Origin: the human T2T-CHM13v2.0 reference genome, Homo sapiens
Reading direction: 5' to 3' (one strand)
Length of the DNA: 64,000 nucleotides
Assembly (NCBI RefSeq): GCF_009914755.1
Contig: NC_060935.1
The notes under the pieces are model-generated. The model was not told the DNA's origin. It made no database searches and saw nothing but the letters and a program-made list of their open reading frames with translations. This document shows positions 22,713 to 37,710 of the stretch, in pieces (within the stretch, counting starts at the first letter, position 1; each line of letters starts with the position of its first letter). A program made the translations under genes and the position numbers.

Positions 22713-25526
22713 TGGTGATCAGGGGATCACTGAAGACAGGAAAAGAAAGGGCTAGTAATGGTAAGATAACTACTGTTAATTGAACACCTCCTCATGTGCT
22801 TGGTACTGTGTAAATTATTTCAAATCCCTATAATAACTTGGTAAGTTAGGTATTATTCTTTTATTCTTTATTTTCTCTTATTTACTCTTATTTTATCAAT
22901 GAGATAACAAGCCCAGAGATTAACTGGCTTGCTCTAGATCACGTGGCTTCCAAGTGTCAGGGTCTAGATTTGAAACTGAAGAAAATGTTTGAACCTCAAG
23001 AAAAGGATCAAAAACCTAGTTCCATAGGCTCATTCATTTGGTAATCATTGCTAAGTCCCTTTTCTGTCCTAAGTGCTGCAAAAGATCCAAGGAGGCGTCA
23101 TAGGAGACTCCCTTCTTCTCTCCTCCCCGAACTCCCAGTTCCTACCCTCCTGTGCCAAGCCTTGTTGGAGGCATCAGAGGACAAGACAGATGTGCTTCTG
23201 ACTCCTAGATGCTTCTATACACTGGGCAAGTCAGACAGAGGGAGAGGCAGAGAAGGACACCACAGGGGCCTGCCCCACACCCAGGCCAAGGTGGGTCAAA
23301 GGTGGAGAGACCATCAGGGACCACTCCCCAGAAACAGTGACATCTAAATGAAAACCAAAGAATGTCAAGTAAAAGACGGTTTTGAGGTAAGGAGAGAAAA
23401 AAGTTTAGATCTGTGGCTTTCAAATTTCTCTTGCCTACAGTAAAAATACGCTTATATTGCAATCCAGGATACACACATCTACAATTTTTTTAACTAAAAC
23501 AAAAATTTCATGAAAAGATGCTGAACCTTACTGCAAGGGTGAAATCTGATATTTTATTCTCTACTTAACTAGAATTATGAATGAGATGCCAATCTACAGT
23601 CTGAAAAACACTGTCCTAGATCACAGCATGGAAAAATGAACCTGGCACAGACAAAGGCCCAGTTATATTCCGAGAGTTCAGACTCTGGGGAGGGAAAGAG
23701 GTTGGAGAGAAAGCTTGAGAAGTGAGGAGGGAGCAGCCTGGTAGAAGAAATAAAGTAACATCCCTACATGGTAAATGTAAGTGGACAGTAAAATGCAAAA
23801 TGCATGTGGCAGAGAGAGCCTGCCCTCGGAGGACCTGGTAGGGAGCGTGCCCTGCAGCTAGTTTTCAGAGGCCCTGCTGCCTTGGGAGGCTGGAGCTGGT
23901 CTGGAAGAATGGCAAGAGTGTGGGGCCCGGGAGAAGGGGAGATATGGGAAATAAAGCTTTTGGTGTTTGAGGAGAAATTCAAGAAACAAACCTGGCCCCT
24001 TCACATGGGTTCCAGCAATATTTATGAAGGGGCAGGAGCCTGGAGCATTCGCAGAGAGACTTCCACAGACAGTACAGTGCTCGAAAAAACCTCTGCCCCT
24101 GCCAAAACCCGCAGGGAAATGGGGGCTGTTATCACCCCGGGTTACCTCGCAGCCTCAGATACAGCCAGAAACGAGCCAGGAAATTGACTGAATTCCTACT
24201 GGACTAAAGTTTTATAAGTTTTCCTTAACATAAGCACAGGGTGATATTTTTAGTTCTTTGTGTGTCAAAAAGGGCCCATAAATATTTCAGAGCTAAAATG
24301 TGTTCCACAAAATATAAGTCCTGGGTAGCATCTGTGTGTGTGTGTGTATGTGTAAAATCGTGAATTTTACTTTTCTTATTCCTTCAAAGTGTGGTCTTTG
24401 AGTCCTTTATTTTAAAGTGGGGGTGGGGAGGATGGCTTGTGGTGGTACCTGTTCTTGTACCAAGTATTGTGTTGGGCTTTGTGCAAACCAGAGAAGGAGG
24501 CACTCCTATCCCCACTTTACTGATTTAGAAACTGAGAGTAGCAAAGTGATGCTCAAGTTCACACAACACACCAGGACTGGAATCCGGGAGCTCTGCTTCT
24601 GAGGTCTGTACTCTCTGTTGTAGCACCCAGAGCATATTTCTCTGGCACTGTCACTTTGGGGAATCCCTGGCCTTTTTCAACAGTGAGACAGTGATTATAA
24701 TAATGGTGGCTAAAAGCAAGGTCTTTATATGCATTACCTCACTGAGTTCTCACCACTCCCAAAACCATCCCCATTTTATCGACAAATAAACCAGGATTTA
24801 GGGAGGTTAAGTATCCTGCCTGGAAGGCCACAACAAAAAAGTGACAGAGCTAGGATTCAAACCTGTGTCTGTCTGACCCCAAGGTTCAAGCTTTTAATCA
24901 TAACCTACACTGCTTCCTGCATAGGTCATTCTATATTCTAATTGGCTTAAATGTTCTATTTGTTCTTTCACCTTTTTTAAAAAACATTATTAATTCTTCT
25001 GTTGAACTGAGTCAGCACCTGGCCTGGACTCCTGGGAGAAGCGCTTTTACAGCTGCTGCTTGATACGTGCCCTGTACAGAAAGAGAACTGTCGGGACAGA
25101 GACAGGGCTTTCCTGGGAGCGTGGTGGAGTGTGGCTGTGTGCCCAGCCTGGCTACAGGGACATCCCTAATCAGCGGCTGGCAGGCAGGTGACAGATGGTG
25201 CCGCTGTCTACAGAAGCCATCTTGCCCTTCTGTTAGAGAGCTTGTCAGAGGCCAGGTATCAAAGGGCAGACAGCTGCTGTATGGGCACTGCTTCTCTGAT
25301 CCTGAGCTGCGGAGCTGGGAGGGCTCCCCCCAGAGCTGCCTGACCCCCTAGAGGGCTGGGCATGTGCAGGGCCTAGGACACAACAGGCCTTCCATCAACA
25401 GATGGTATTATGGTAGCTGTGTCTTCCAGATTCCTTTGGTCTACATCCTTCCTGCCCCCAAAGTCACGTAGGAGCCAATGATTCCCTTTGACAAATGGTG
25501 GCATCTTAGAGTCAGAAAATGTGTTA

Positions 25527-25836
25527 GGCTGGGCACGGTGGCTCACGCCTGTAATCCCAGCACTTTGGGAGGCCAAGGAGGGCAGATCACTTGAGGCCGG
25601 GAGTTTGTGACCAGCCTGGCCAATGTGGTGAAACCCATCTCTACGAAATATACAAGAATTAGCTGGGTGTGGTGGTCCACACCTGTAGTCCCAGTTACTC
25701 AGGAGGCTGAGGCACGAGAATTGCTTGAATCTGAGAGTTGGAGGAGGTTGCAGTGAGCTGACATCCAGCCGCTGCACTCCAGTCTGAGCAACACAGTGAC
25801 ACTTTGTTTCAAAAAAAAAAAAAAAAAAAAGAAGAA
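25527..25836 (+). mobile_element. Alu (AluS-like)
   Basis: Full dimer with A tail; perfect TSD agaaaatgtgtt at 25514-25525 and 25837-25848. Confidence 0.96.
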
Positions 25837-27515
25837 AGAAAATGTGTTCGGATTGAAAACAACATCAAAGGTCAGCTGATTCAAGCCCCATCAGGTGCCC
25901 AAACCCTCCTCAGTCCCATCCCTACTGAGTGGTCACACCAGCTCCAGAGCTGGGGACTTTACTACCTCAGGGGGGCTGAAACCTGCCTCCTTTTAGCTTC
26001 CTTCCACAGGCCTCAGCTCTACTCCTTGGGGTCTCAGGAAATAAGCCTAATGCCTTTGCCTCAGCAATAGCTCTTCCAGACTGAAGACCGGGCTGGTCTG
26101 GGTGTCTGCATCCTCTCTTCAGATTTAACATATCTCCCACAGTTTTCAAGCCCTCACCTTTCTGGTGACCTTTTCCTTGGGTTTGTCCAACCTCGTTCCC
26201 TCTTTCCCATCCAACAAGGCTTTATGAGATCCTAGGGTAGACCCGGGGACAAGGGGTTGGAGCGGATGCAGTCTTGAACCTCGAAGAGCCCACAGGAATG
26301 TCAGAAGGACAAACACGTCTACAGGTGATTCCAGCACAAAGGATGCAAAAGAGCAACTGACACAGACACCCAGGGTAGGGGGGCACTGCATCAGGTGGGG
26401 TGGGCAGCAGAGGCTGCCTGAAGGAGGAATCCCTGGGCCGGGTCTGAAAAGCCGAGCAGGGGTTAACAGGGCAGGGAGAGGAAGATGATCCCGTTTGCTG
26501 GCCTGCCTCTCCCATTGTGTTGACTGGAATCCACTGGGAGCCTCTTGGTGCAGCCTGAATGTCCCCCCTGCACCCCTTTCTCCTGTATCTGACACATGTT
26601 GCCTTGGGGCACTCAGTCCCATGTGGCTTTCTTGGAAGCCAGACCCACTGGGGCCCCAAGTACAGCTGGCTGTTAGGACTCTGAGTTTCCTTGTAAGCAG
26701 CACTTTGGGAAATTGCCAGTCTCTTCTGTACTTCAGGCCCCAGGGAAAAATACTTCCTTCCTTCTCCCTAGAAAAACCCTTTTCCTAGAAAACCCCTTCA
26801 AGGGTCAGGCCTGAAACCCAGTTTATTGGATTGCCAATTCTCTGTAAAAACATTTTTTTCCTGACTTTCTCTGGGCTTATTCTGGGACCACACTAGGAAG
26901 CAGAGGGAAGAGGGAGAGAGGCTGATTAATCACACGTCCCCTACTGCGTCCAATCTTAACCTGTAATTACCTGGGTGCCCTATTAGGCCTCCACTCTGTG
27001 AGGTGAGAGAGGAGAGAGACAGAAGGGAAACCAACATCCCAGAAAGGCAGGCATCAGTTGAAGGATTCTGGAAATGGTGAAACTTAGTTTTAACACAAAG
27101 GCCTCCTCAGCCTGAAGGAAGTTCTTGGTTGAACACAACAGCTGGAGGAAGGGGTTAGTCCCTCTTTTCCTCTGTCTTCTCAGCCAGACGCTGGGCCTGA
27201 GTTCATACAGCTTTGGGTCTGTGGCTAAGGGAGGATTTAGAGACATCCTTTCTGCTCTTTAGGCCCAGAGAAGATGCTCTGTTGAGCAGGGAAGGAATAT
27301 CACAATGGCTTCTCCGGGTGCCATCAAGATACCTTGTGTGCACAATAGCTTCTTGTCTTATAAAACTCCAGGTCCAGACACATGTAGTCTATGCCCTGGG
27401 CATACCTGACACTGATGCTAAGCTGAAAGGATAGAAATCTAGAGGTCACCATCAGCCTCTGATCACAGCTGGGAGGACAGCAGGGATTACTCAGGCTGTC
27501 CTTCCTGTCAGAGGT

Positions 27516-27516
<1 letters not shown>

Positions 27517-27557
<41 letters not shown>
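27517..27557. repeat. (GT)20 microsatellite
   Basis: Read directly; ends in the palindrome gtgtgcatgcacac. Confidence 0.97.
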
Positions 27558-27558
<1 letters not shown>

Positions 27559-29789
27559 ATGCACACATGCTTAATGGCTGCTGGCCCACTGCTGTGATTG
27601 TTCAGAAACCAAAGGCTCTATTGTAACTCTGTTCACCAGGCCTTTTGCTATTGAGCCCTGGGGATGGAACTGGATCAAGCTCAGAACTGCTGCCCAATGG
27701 ATGTGGGCTCGGAGTGCTCGTGGCTGACACAGGTTTCAATTTTGCTGGTGGGGCAGGGGCAGGGCGGGCCTAGAGGAAGAAAATTCCTGTTTTTATCCCC
27801 CCAGCCCTTATATTTCCTCCTCAGTTACTATGACTCAGGCCGTCCCTCAACTCGTGATGACTGAAGCCCACACAATAGCGGTTTGAAAGTGACCTCGGAA
27901 CAGTCCTTCCCTCCCTCAGCTGGTGCTCACATGGGCTCTTAGAGCAGGTGGGTTGTCCTTGGGAAAGTCCCTGCATTGCTCTGTGCCTCAATTTCATCAT
28001 CTGTTAGGAAAATGCCCACACACCTGGATCATTAACTTCATTGGTACTTATAACATCTCGATTCTTCCCCAATGCTAAGAACAGCTTAGAGGTGCATCCA
28101 GGGTTTGCTGGGTTGAACCAAAGTGAATAAAAATATACAACTCTCCATATGCCACCTCCATGGTCCTTCTAGGTGCAAAGCTCTCTGACTTTCTCTTTGC
28201 CTAATGAAAGCCCCAAAGCTGGAAACCTTTGCGAGCCAACCCTCTCCCTTGGCATCCTCTAAGTGGCTCTTTTTCGGTAGCACAAATCCACTCCCTCGGC
28301 CCCACACAAGCTCCCCAGGTTTGTGAAGGGGGCAACTGATTGTGCCCTCCTGATGCTGCTTGAAATTTTGTTTTTAGAGAGGCGGGAGCTAAGGCTTGGG
28401 GGGTTGTGACTGGCAGTCAGCCGCATCCCAGCAAGTGAAAAGCCAGAAGCTGTCAGCTCCATCCTGCTTCCTTCCACGGCCTCAGTTTTCTCTTCTGCAA
28501 AATGGGTTGGTGTGGGGTGTCACATTTAATCTATGCCTGAGAACTGCCCTGATACCCCAGAAAAATGCACATATGTGTGCACCCATGTGTGCACACACAC
28601 ACACAGGAATTTAAAATGCTCCATCTAGGGCTCCAAGTTCTGTGAGATGCAGTGATTGCAAAGGCCCTTGGGGAGGTGTGACTATGGGTCCTCACAGCAG
28701 GAAAGGTGGATTAGTAAAGGCATCTTGGAAAGGAAGCTATGTAGAAAGCAAGGGAGAGATGTAGCTTTGGCAGAATTTCACTGACATCTCTGGGTATCCA
28801 AGCCTCAAAGGGGTGGAGGAAAAGGCCCATAATGATAGGAAAACCCTAACTGCCTGAAGCTGCCTCCATCTCTAATAATTAAAGGCAGACTTAATAGATA
28901 TTAAGGCCCTCTTTCCAGCAGCTGGGTGGCCAGGCAACTTTTATTTCAATAATTAGCCGCTGTAAGTCACACAGAACTGGAGACAGATAAAGGCAGGGCC
29001 AGTCTCTCATGGAGCTAATTGTGCCCAGAGTTCTACACGCCTAATCAAGCCTCGTGCTGCTCCCATTCCTTTCATCCAAGGCCTCAAAGGACTTTGCCGT
29101 TGGTAATTAAGTCTTATAAGTGCCGTAAAGAAAGGGATTCTCCAGGGCAGTCTGAATGGAGAAGAGGCTGCTGGGGTGGAGGTGGGGCAGGCAGTGTGCA
29201 GCTGCCTCCAAGATGGGGACAGGGATCCAGGAATAGGCCCCAGCCTCACAGCCTGTGCCATCGCAAGCCTTCAGCCTCCGTGCATTCTGTCCCTAGACAA
29301 GATAATGGCAGACTGGGTGGCTTCAGCTGGCCACCTCCTCTTGAGACTGGTTCGGTTTTGTCATCCAAAGCCTTTATACGTTTCTCAACCTGGGGGATAT
29401 ATTTGTTAAAAACTCCCATTCAGGCAGGGCTAATTCAAAAACCATACTCCCAAATTCTTAGTTAAAAGGGAACATGAGGGATACAGTTGCCCAAGCCCCA
29501 TCTGATGCTTGAATTCCTTCTGTGAGTCCACGTGGATAGCAGCCAGCCCTTGTTTGAGCTCCCGTGACAGGGAGCTTACTCCTAACACATTTCATTCTCT
29601 AAACGTGGCCTTGGACAATTCATTCTGATAGTGAGCTGAAACTTACCTCCTGTGAGAGCCTTCCTGGCGGCCCTAACTCCATATGCCTTAGAACCTCACA
29701 AGCAAGCCAAAGACCTCCTCCCAAACCAAGACCTCTCTTCTCCAGGCTCTGGGAAGCAGTGGAGCACCATGGTTAAAAACACAGGCTTT

Positions 29790-31066
29790 ACATCAAAGGC
29801 ATGATCAAAAAAGGAAAATTTGATAAATGGAACCTAACCAAAATTGAAAACTTGTGCTCTGAAAATACCCTTAAAAGGAGGAAAAGGCAAGCTACAGGTA
29901 GGAGAAAATTTTTGCAAACCACATACTAACAAAGGAAGGCCTAGTATCTAGAATATATATATATGTGTGTGTGTGTGTATACACATATATATATGAAACT
30001 TTCAAAATGCAACAGTGAGAAACAAACAATCCAATTAGAAAATGGCCAGAAGACGTGATCCAATATTTCACCAAAAAGGATATATACACATGGCAAATAA
30101 GCACATGAAAAGATATTCACCATCGTTAGCCATCAGAGAAATTCAAATTAAACCACAGTGAGCTATCACCATACACCTATCAGAATGACTGAAATAAAAA
30201 ATAGTGACAACACTAAATGCTGGCAAGGATGCAGAGAAACTGGATTACCCATACATTGCTGGTAGGAATATAAAAGTGTACAGCCCCTCTGGAAAGCAGG
30301 TTGGCAGTTCCTTAGAACACTAAATATGCAATTACTGTACAACCTAGCGCTTGTATTCTTGGGCATTTATCCCTCAGAAATAAAAGCTTATGTTCATGCA
30401 AAAAGCCGTACAATGATGTTCATAAAAGCTTTATTCATAATAGCCGAGAAATGGAAACAACCCAGATATCCTTCAACAGGTAAGCAGTTAAATCAATGAC
30501 AGAATGCCATGGAATATGACTCCGTGATAAAAAACAATGAACTAATGCTACCAATAAATCACCAGGGAATTATGCTGAGTCAACACATAGCCAATCGCCA
30601 AAGCTTTCATCCTACATTATTCCATTTATATAACATGTTTAAAAGAAAAATGATAAAACTTTAGCAATGGAGAACAGATTGGTGGTAGTTAGGGGGTTAG
30701 GGATGGGGTAGGGGTGGGAGGGAGGTGGGTGTGGCTATAAAAGAGGACTGCGAAGGAAACTTATGGTGATGGAAATGTTCATTGTCTTGACTGCATATAC
30801 TCACCTACACATGTGATAAAATAGTATAGAAGTAAACACGCACATGCATGCACACACACTCATTCAGATAAATGCAAGTAAAATGGGGAATCTGAATAAG
30901 ATGAGTGGATTGTATCAACGTCAACATCCTGCTTGTGTTATCTGTTCTTTTGCTATAGTTTTGTAAAATGTTACTATTAGGAGAGACTGAGTAAAGGGTA
31001 CACAGGCTATCTCTTGTTATTTCTTATAATTGCATGTGAACTATAATGTTCCCAAAAATTTCAATG
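29790..31066 (+). mobile_element. Old L1 (L1MC/L1MD-like) ORF2 end plus 3'UTR, ~1.3 kb
   Basis: aaaattgaaaacttgtgctc, gcacatgaaaagatattcaccatcgttagccatcagagaaattcaaatt, tggaaacaacccagatatccttcaacagg; frame is degraded. Confidence 0.88.
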
Positions 31067-31086
31067 TAGAGAAAAGGGTTTTTTTT

Positions 31087-31630
<544 letters not shown>

Positions 31631-32039
31631 TGTTGCCTTGTTATCCAGGAGAAGTATTTATTTGCCTTCCCCTGATTCAGTCCTCACTCACGTTGTCTCC
31701 ATCCTGGCCATTCTTCTCTGAAAAAGTTTCTTTTGGCTAATGTCACTCTTTAAAACACCAAGGTTGAAAATTGAAGTCAGATGCAGTCTTATTACCTGAA
31801 ACTGCTCTGCATATACCCATAACCCCACACTTTACATGCTGTTTTGGCCAATTGCTTGCCACTTATTTCCTGTGTAATGTCACTTTTCCTTAATAAGGTA
31901 GCAAGCTGCTCAGATTCATATTGACCGACCAATTCTTAAACATCTACTATGTACAGTCACCAATATTCATACAAACACCACAAGCACAGCATCCTGTATT
32001 TATTACTAAGTCACCAGAACGACTCTGGAAGTGAGGCAT

Positions 32040-32462
32040 GATGGTAGACTGCCATACTAATGGCTCCCAAGGAATCATAACTCCCTGTTTCCAAACTCTT
32101 GTGTAGTCCCCCACACTAACTCTGGGGTTGGCCACATGACTTGCATTGGCCAGTGGGCCAAGCGGATATTAGCAAACTTGAAAAACACTTGAGCCTTTGG
32201 GATTGCCTTCTCCCCCTGCTTTTGGAAAACAGCTGTCATATAAAGAGGCCCAGGCTAGCCTACTTGTTGCTGGAGCCACAGGGCTGAGCCAACCAACACC
32301 CGGTAGATTATAGCCACACAGGTGAACCCAGGGGAGACTAGCTGAACCACCTAGCTTTGCCCAGCCCAAATAACTGACTCTTGGAAACAGGAACCAACAT
32401 GCGGTCATTTTAAGCCACTGCATTTTAGGGTGATATGTTATATAGCAAAGGCTGGCTGACAT
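32040..32462 (+). mobile_element. MLT1-type MaLR LTR
   Basis: ggccacatgacttgcattggcca...ttttaagccactgcattttagggtgatatgttatatagcaa...ctgaca. Confidence 0.75.
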
Positions 32463-32543
32463 AGGTATTTTTATAATTCCCATATTACTGGGGAGGAAAC
32501 TGAGGATCAGATCATTAAGGTATTTTAAAAATAAGAGGAACTG

Positions 32544-32906
<363 letters not shown>

Positions 32907-35900
32907 TTATACATTTCTAACACATTTTAATGTGATTTAATCTACCATTCTGTACCTTTTTTTGATAACTTACCAAAATTATATTTAAGTAGTTGCTTAA
33001 TTATATGCTCTAAGCTCTACAGAGTTGGGAACTGTGTCTCTCTTGTTCGGCATAAAACCCAAGCTTCTGTCCTTGCAAATGTAGGCACTTAATAAATAAT
33101 GGCTAATTGAACAAATGAACAAATGTTTCTGAGTAGCTATGATCCTGTATTAAATAAAGAACTGAAGCTTAGAGAGGCAAAGTGCCTTGTTTCCAAGTCA
33201 CACAGCTAGCAAAAAGCAGGAACCAGGACTCAGATAAAGCCCAATTCTTTTGACTCTGAGTGCAGAGGTATGTCCTTAAATTTTCCATGCATTCCGAGGG
33301 TGAGACAGACAAGGAAATGATTAACTACCCCCCAGTTAGAAGGGAATGTCGTTGGATGAATTCCATATGTTTGAGGAATGCCAGTCCCCATGCTGAGAGG
33401 ATTCTGATCAAACCAAGCTCCCCGCTGGAGCAGAAACATGCTGCATGGGAATCCTATTGCTTGGGATCAGAGATCGCTGTTAGCACAAGTCCTGCATGAA
33501 CTTGTACCATCCAGCCTCAAATCCCTACAAGGCTTCCAAATCAAACAAAAAACCATCTAACAAACACAGAAGCGCTGAAAAGATCTGTCCTCGGCCCTGG
33601 GCCCAGTCGCATGTTCCTTAGTGAGGGATCGAGGGATGTTAGCTCTGAGCTCTGCATTCTCCTGTTTCAGATGCCCCCTTCCCTTTACAAGGTCCTTCCT
33701 GCAGCTCACTGTACAGAGGTGACATTCTCAGAATGTCCTTAATCACTCTGCACTGGGGGTGAAGGAGGGGCCCCTGACTCTAGCTGAGGAGGCCCTGTTT
33801 GCCTTCCTAGCAGTCACCAGGGTATACAGGACAAATGCTGTGCTCCTCTACAGCCTCCAGGCTGCACACGCACTACAGTGGGCTCTTGTGGGCTGAGCAG
33901 AGCCTCCCTCAGCAACTGTGTCTGCCTCTCTACCTTCCAGGAGGGCCCCAGGCTGTTCTTTCCGTGGGGAAGCTCTGGCCCTTGGCCCCGCAGCTGGCTA
34001 ATGTTACACCTGGGTCACTGGAGTCTGGCTTCCCAGGGCCCGATCCTCACTTTGTTCTCTTGATTGTAGTTCTAAATTTGTTTTCATTAAGACACTCTGC
34101 CTGTCACTCCATCGGTTCTGCTTTTATGGGTCTTTAATCTCAGTTGTGAAATGTACCAGTCTTGGAGGCTCCTCCAGCTGGAGTGGGGCTGCTTGCTCTC
34201 TCCAGGGCTGAAACCCAGAGGGTGATGGTATCTAGGGCCCAGCCTGGCCTCTGCTGGCCGGCAATGGTCCAGATTGTCTAGTATGGTGTTTCTAATGGAA
34301 AGCTCCTTCACATCTCATGTCACTGAGACCCTGTATTGCGGGGAGACAGGGAGGGTGAAGGTCATCACCATCTGAACCTCACAGAGGAAGACATTCCTGT
34401 TAGAAAGAAAGGGGTGCATAGCAGCCCAGACATTGGCTCTGCAGTCAGGAAGCCAAGGTTCGACTCCCAGCTCTGTGCGCCCCAGCTGTGTGCCAGGCAC
34501 AATTCACTTAACCTCTTTATTCCTCTATATCATCTTTGAAGTGGAGATAATTGACCTACCCAATAGGGTTGTTGGGGGGACTGAGTGAGTTAGAAGGAGC
34601 TTAGAACAGGCTTCGCACTTGGCTGTTTATTATGACTACTATTGCTAAGTATTATCAAGTATTTAATACTTCACTCCGGCCCAGATGCAGTTCTGGATTT
34701 CTCCAGCCCATTCACACTATTGCATTAAGACGAATGTTCCTGTTCAGCATTATTTGTTTATTCAGTCATCACTGAACAAATATGTACTAGAAACCTACTA
34801 TAGGCCCCATCTGTGCTGGGATTGAAGGTGACAAGGGTTTGGTTCTTGTCCTAGAAAGACAGAGCAGGCACCAGTTTTGAGCAGGTATGTTGCAGTTTGA
34901 ATCTCAGCCCTGCATAGCCATCCCAGGCCTCACTTTCCTCATCTGTAAGATGGTCAGTTGTTTATATCCCTGCCATCCTGCCTCTCCTGCAGACCCACAT
35001 GGTCATCTGGGGGTCTGGAGCGGGAAAATGTGATGGAGCCTTCCCAGACAAAGCCCTGGTCTTCCTCCAGCTCTGGCCAGCAGGGAGGAGAGGAGAGCAA
35101 TCCTTGAAACAATTACCTCGGGTCACTGTGCAGGCCTGTGCTCTCTGGGAAACCTGAACCACCTTCAAAGGGAGGGTTTTAATTGGCTTAGACTCTATGC
35201 CTGCTCCAAGGGAGCATCACAAAGGGGATTAGCCCCCAAGAGGGCCAGGCCCCACAACAGGCTAGATGGCTGGAAACTGGCCCTTTTTGCCTCGACCTTC
35301 CCAAGTTGTGCCTGCTTTGGCCTGCTAGCTTCCTTCTCCTCCCATTCCACGAGCGCAAGGAAAGGGTGTTCAAGTCAGAGCCTGGTGCTAAACAGGAAAC
35401 AGGAAGGGCCCAGAGAATGATTTTTAGCATAATCTAAAAGAAAGAGTCTGGGCTTATAATTTGGTCTATAGCAAGTAATTGGATCTACCTCACCAGAGGG
35501 AAGTGCCCGGTCCTTACCTGGACCTGGCACTTCATGATGTACACAGCACTGCCAATCACACTGCCCCAGCTAACCCAAAGAAGCAGGTTTCATATCCTCA
35601 TCCCAATGGTTCAGTGAGCGAATAGCAAGTAGTATCCTTGCTACTTAATGTTTGGCCCACAGACTAGTAGCATTCCAATGGCCGCAGGCAAGAGTGTGGG
35701 GTCTGGCTCAAGAGAGCTGACTTTGAGACCTGGCTTTGTGATGCTAGACGAATGACACTAATACACCAATAACAAGTACACACAGTGGTTCTCATTTGCT
35801 GGGCTCCCACTAGGTGTCTGGTGATATTTGTGTGCTGTTGTGTTGCCATTTTATAGAAACTGAGAATCACAGAGGGCAAGGATTTGCTCTACATCACAGC

Positions 35901-37549
35901 ACTTCTTAAGGGAGCTGAGATTCAAAGCCCCACACAGAGAGCCTCCATTTTTTTAGCTATATCATGGAGGTGATAAAGGTCAGCTACATTTAGAAGGAAA
36001 TGTCACAGGGGCAGGCAGATGTGGCTTTGAAGCTGTGAAGCACTATACAAATATATGTTTTTCTTGTTGAGGAAATTAAGCCTGCACCAGGAGAAGTGAC
36101 TTGTCCAAGGTCACCTAGCTGGCAAGGAGCAGAGCTCGGACTCTACTACAGTGTTCTGATGCCCAATGTCCCTTCCACAAGGCTGCAGCTGCCGTCTGCA
36201 AGAGGATTTCCCTGGTGCAGGACAAGGGCTATGAATCTGCAGGAGCAATCAGGCTGATGTTATTTAAATACTTGGCTATTTGAAAAATATAATAACAGGC
36301 AGTTGAGAATAAATGCCAAACCTCTAATTGGTTACAAACACCACCTGAGGGCACAGATATTTGTCAGCGTGACTGATGCTTCCTGCTTAAATGCAACATG
36401 CAGACACCAGTGCAGAAGAAAGGCAGGTGGCGAGCTGCCTATGGCAGCAAGTGAAGAGGGCTGCACTGTTGAGAAGGCATGGCTTGCATCTGGCAACTCA
36501 TTCGTTCTGCATTGCATTCCACTGAAGGGAGAGTTGTTACACTCCTGTTACTGATGAGAAGCCAAGGCACAGAGACGCTCAGGACTTAGCCAAAGTTGTA
36601 TAGTCAGTAAGTGCCTGGGCTGGGATTTGAACCCCGAACTCCATCCCCTGTGCGCCTCTGCCTCCCATACTACTTTTGGCACTTAAGAGGTAAGAGGTAA
36701 CATGTTTGGGGTTTTGGGAACTCAAGCCCTGGCCTTGGGACTTGGTGGCTCACCACTCCATCTCTGCCCATCATCCTTTCCTAAGTTCCCTATTCAACCG
36801 ACGTCCCTGTGTTGGGCATGAGGCTGCCAAGATGGGTCTTTTATGGTCCTATCTTGTGGGACTTCACTGTTTAGTGGGAGAAACTGAGCCAGAAACAGAT
36901 AATCCCCATCCCAGATCCTGCTGAAGGGCTGCCTCCCTCACCCATTCTGGGGTTGTGGGGGAGTCAGGCTGGCTTTTTGGGGTGGCTGATACTTGTGAGA
37001 GTCTGGAGGTACAGTGGGAAATGTCAGACGCTGGCAGTCAGGAGAAAGGGGAAGGAGTAGGTTGTTAGGTTTCAGAGCTCTTACTCCCGGTCCAGCCTAG
37101 GCGCTTAATTATTTTTTATGTGATTCACATATTGGGCTTCCATTTCGAGTTTCATTTAAGCAATCAGATCTTTGTCTAAAAACAAGCTAGAAAAACCACT
37201 GCCTTAAGACCTATTCTCTATTTGGACTGGCCTGAATGAATGATTTATAAAGTATCAGCTTGTCAGCCTGGGATAACTTGATTCATTCATTCTTCCTGTT
37301 TTCTCATTTAAGAAGTCCGTCATAAATGGCTAATTTATTCCTTTTACATATATCTATTGATTATCTGTTATGAGCCAGACACCATTCTAGGTGTTGGAGA
37401 TATAAAAAAAAATAAATCTCTCATCCTGCCTGCATTCCTCTACCCTGCGGAGGAAGCTTCTTTGCAGTCTTCAGCGTAATTTTTCTAAAAAGCAAATCAG
37501 ACCACAATCCTGTCCCTGCTCAGAACCTTAAATGGTTCTCTACTGCCTA

Positions 37550-37710
37550 AAGTCTTGCTACTCAAGGGGTGACACATAGACTAGTAGCATCAGCATTACT
37601 ATGTTTGTTAAAAATACAGAATCACAGGCTCTCCCCAAGACCTACTCAATCAGAATCTGCAATTAGATCCCCAGGTGACTCCTATGACACTGAGGTCTGA
37701 AAAACATGGG
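37550..37710. mobile_element. MER5A-like hAT relic
   Basis: gcatcagcattac...ttgttaaaaatacagaatcacaggct..ccc.agacctactcaatcagaatctgca...agatccccaggtga. Confidence 0.7.

Noticed and set aside
29892-30366. ORFs over the L1 fragment
   Set aside because: Antisense translations of a decayed, 5'-truncated L1; not an active element
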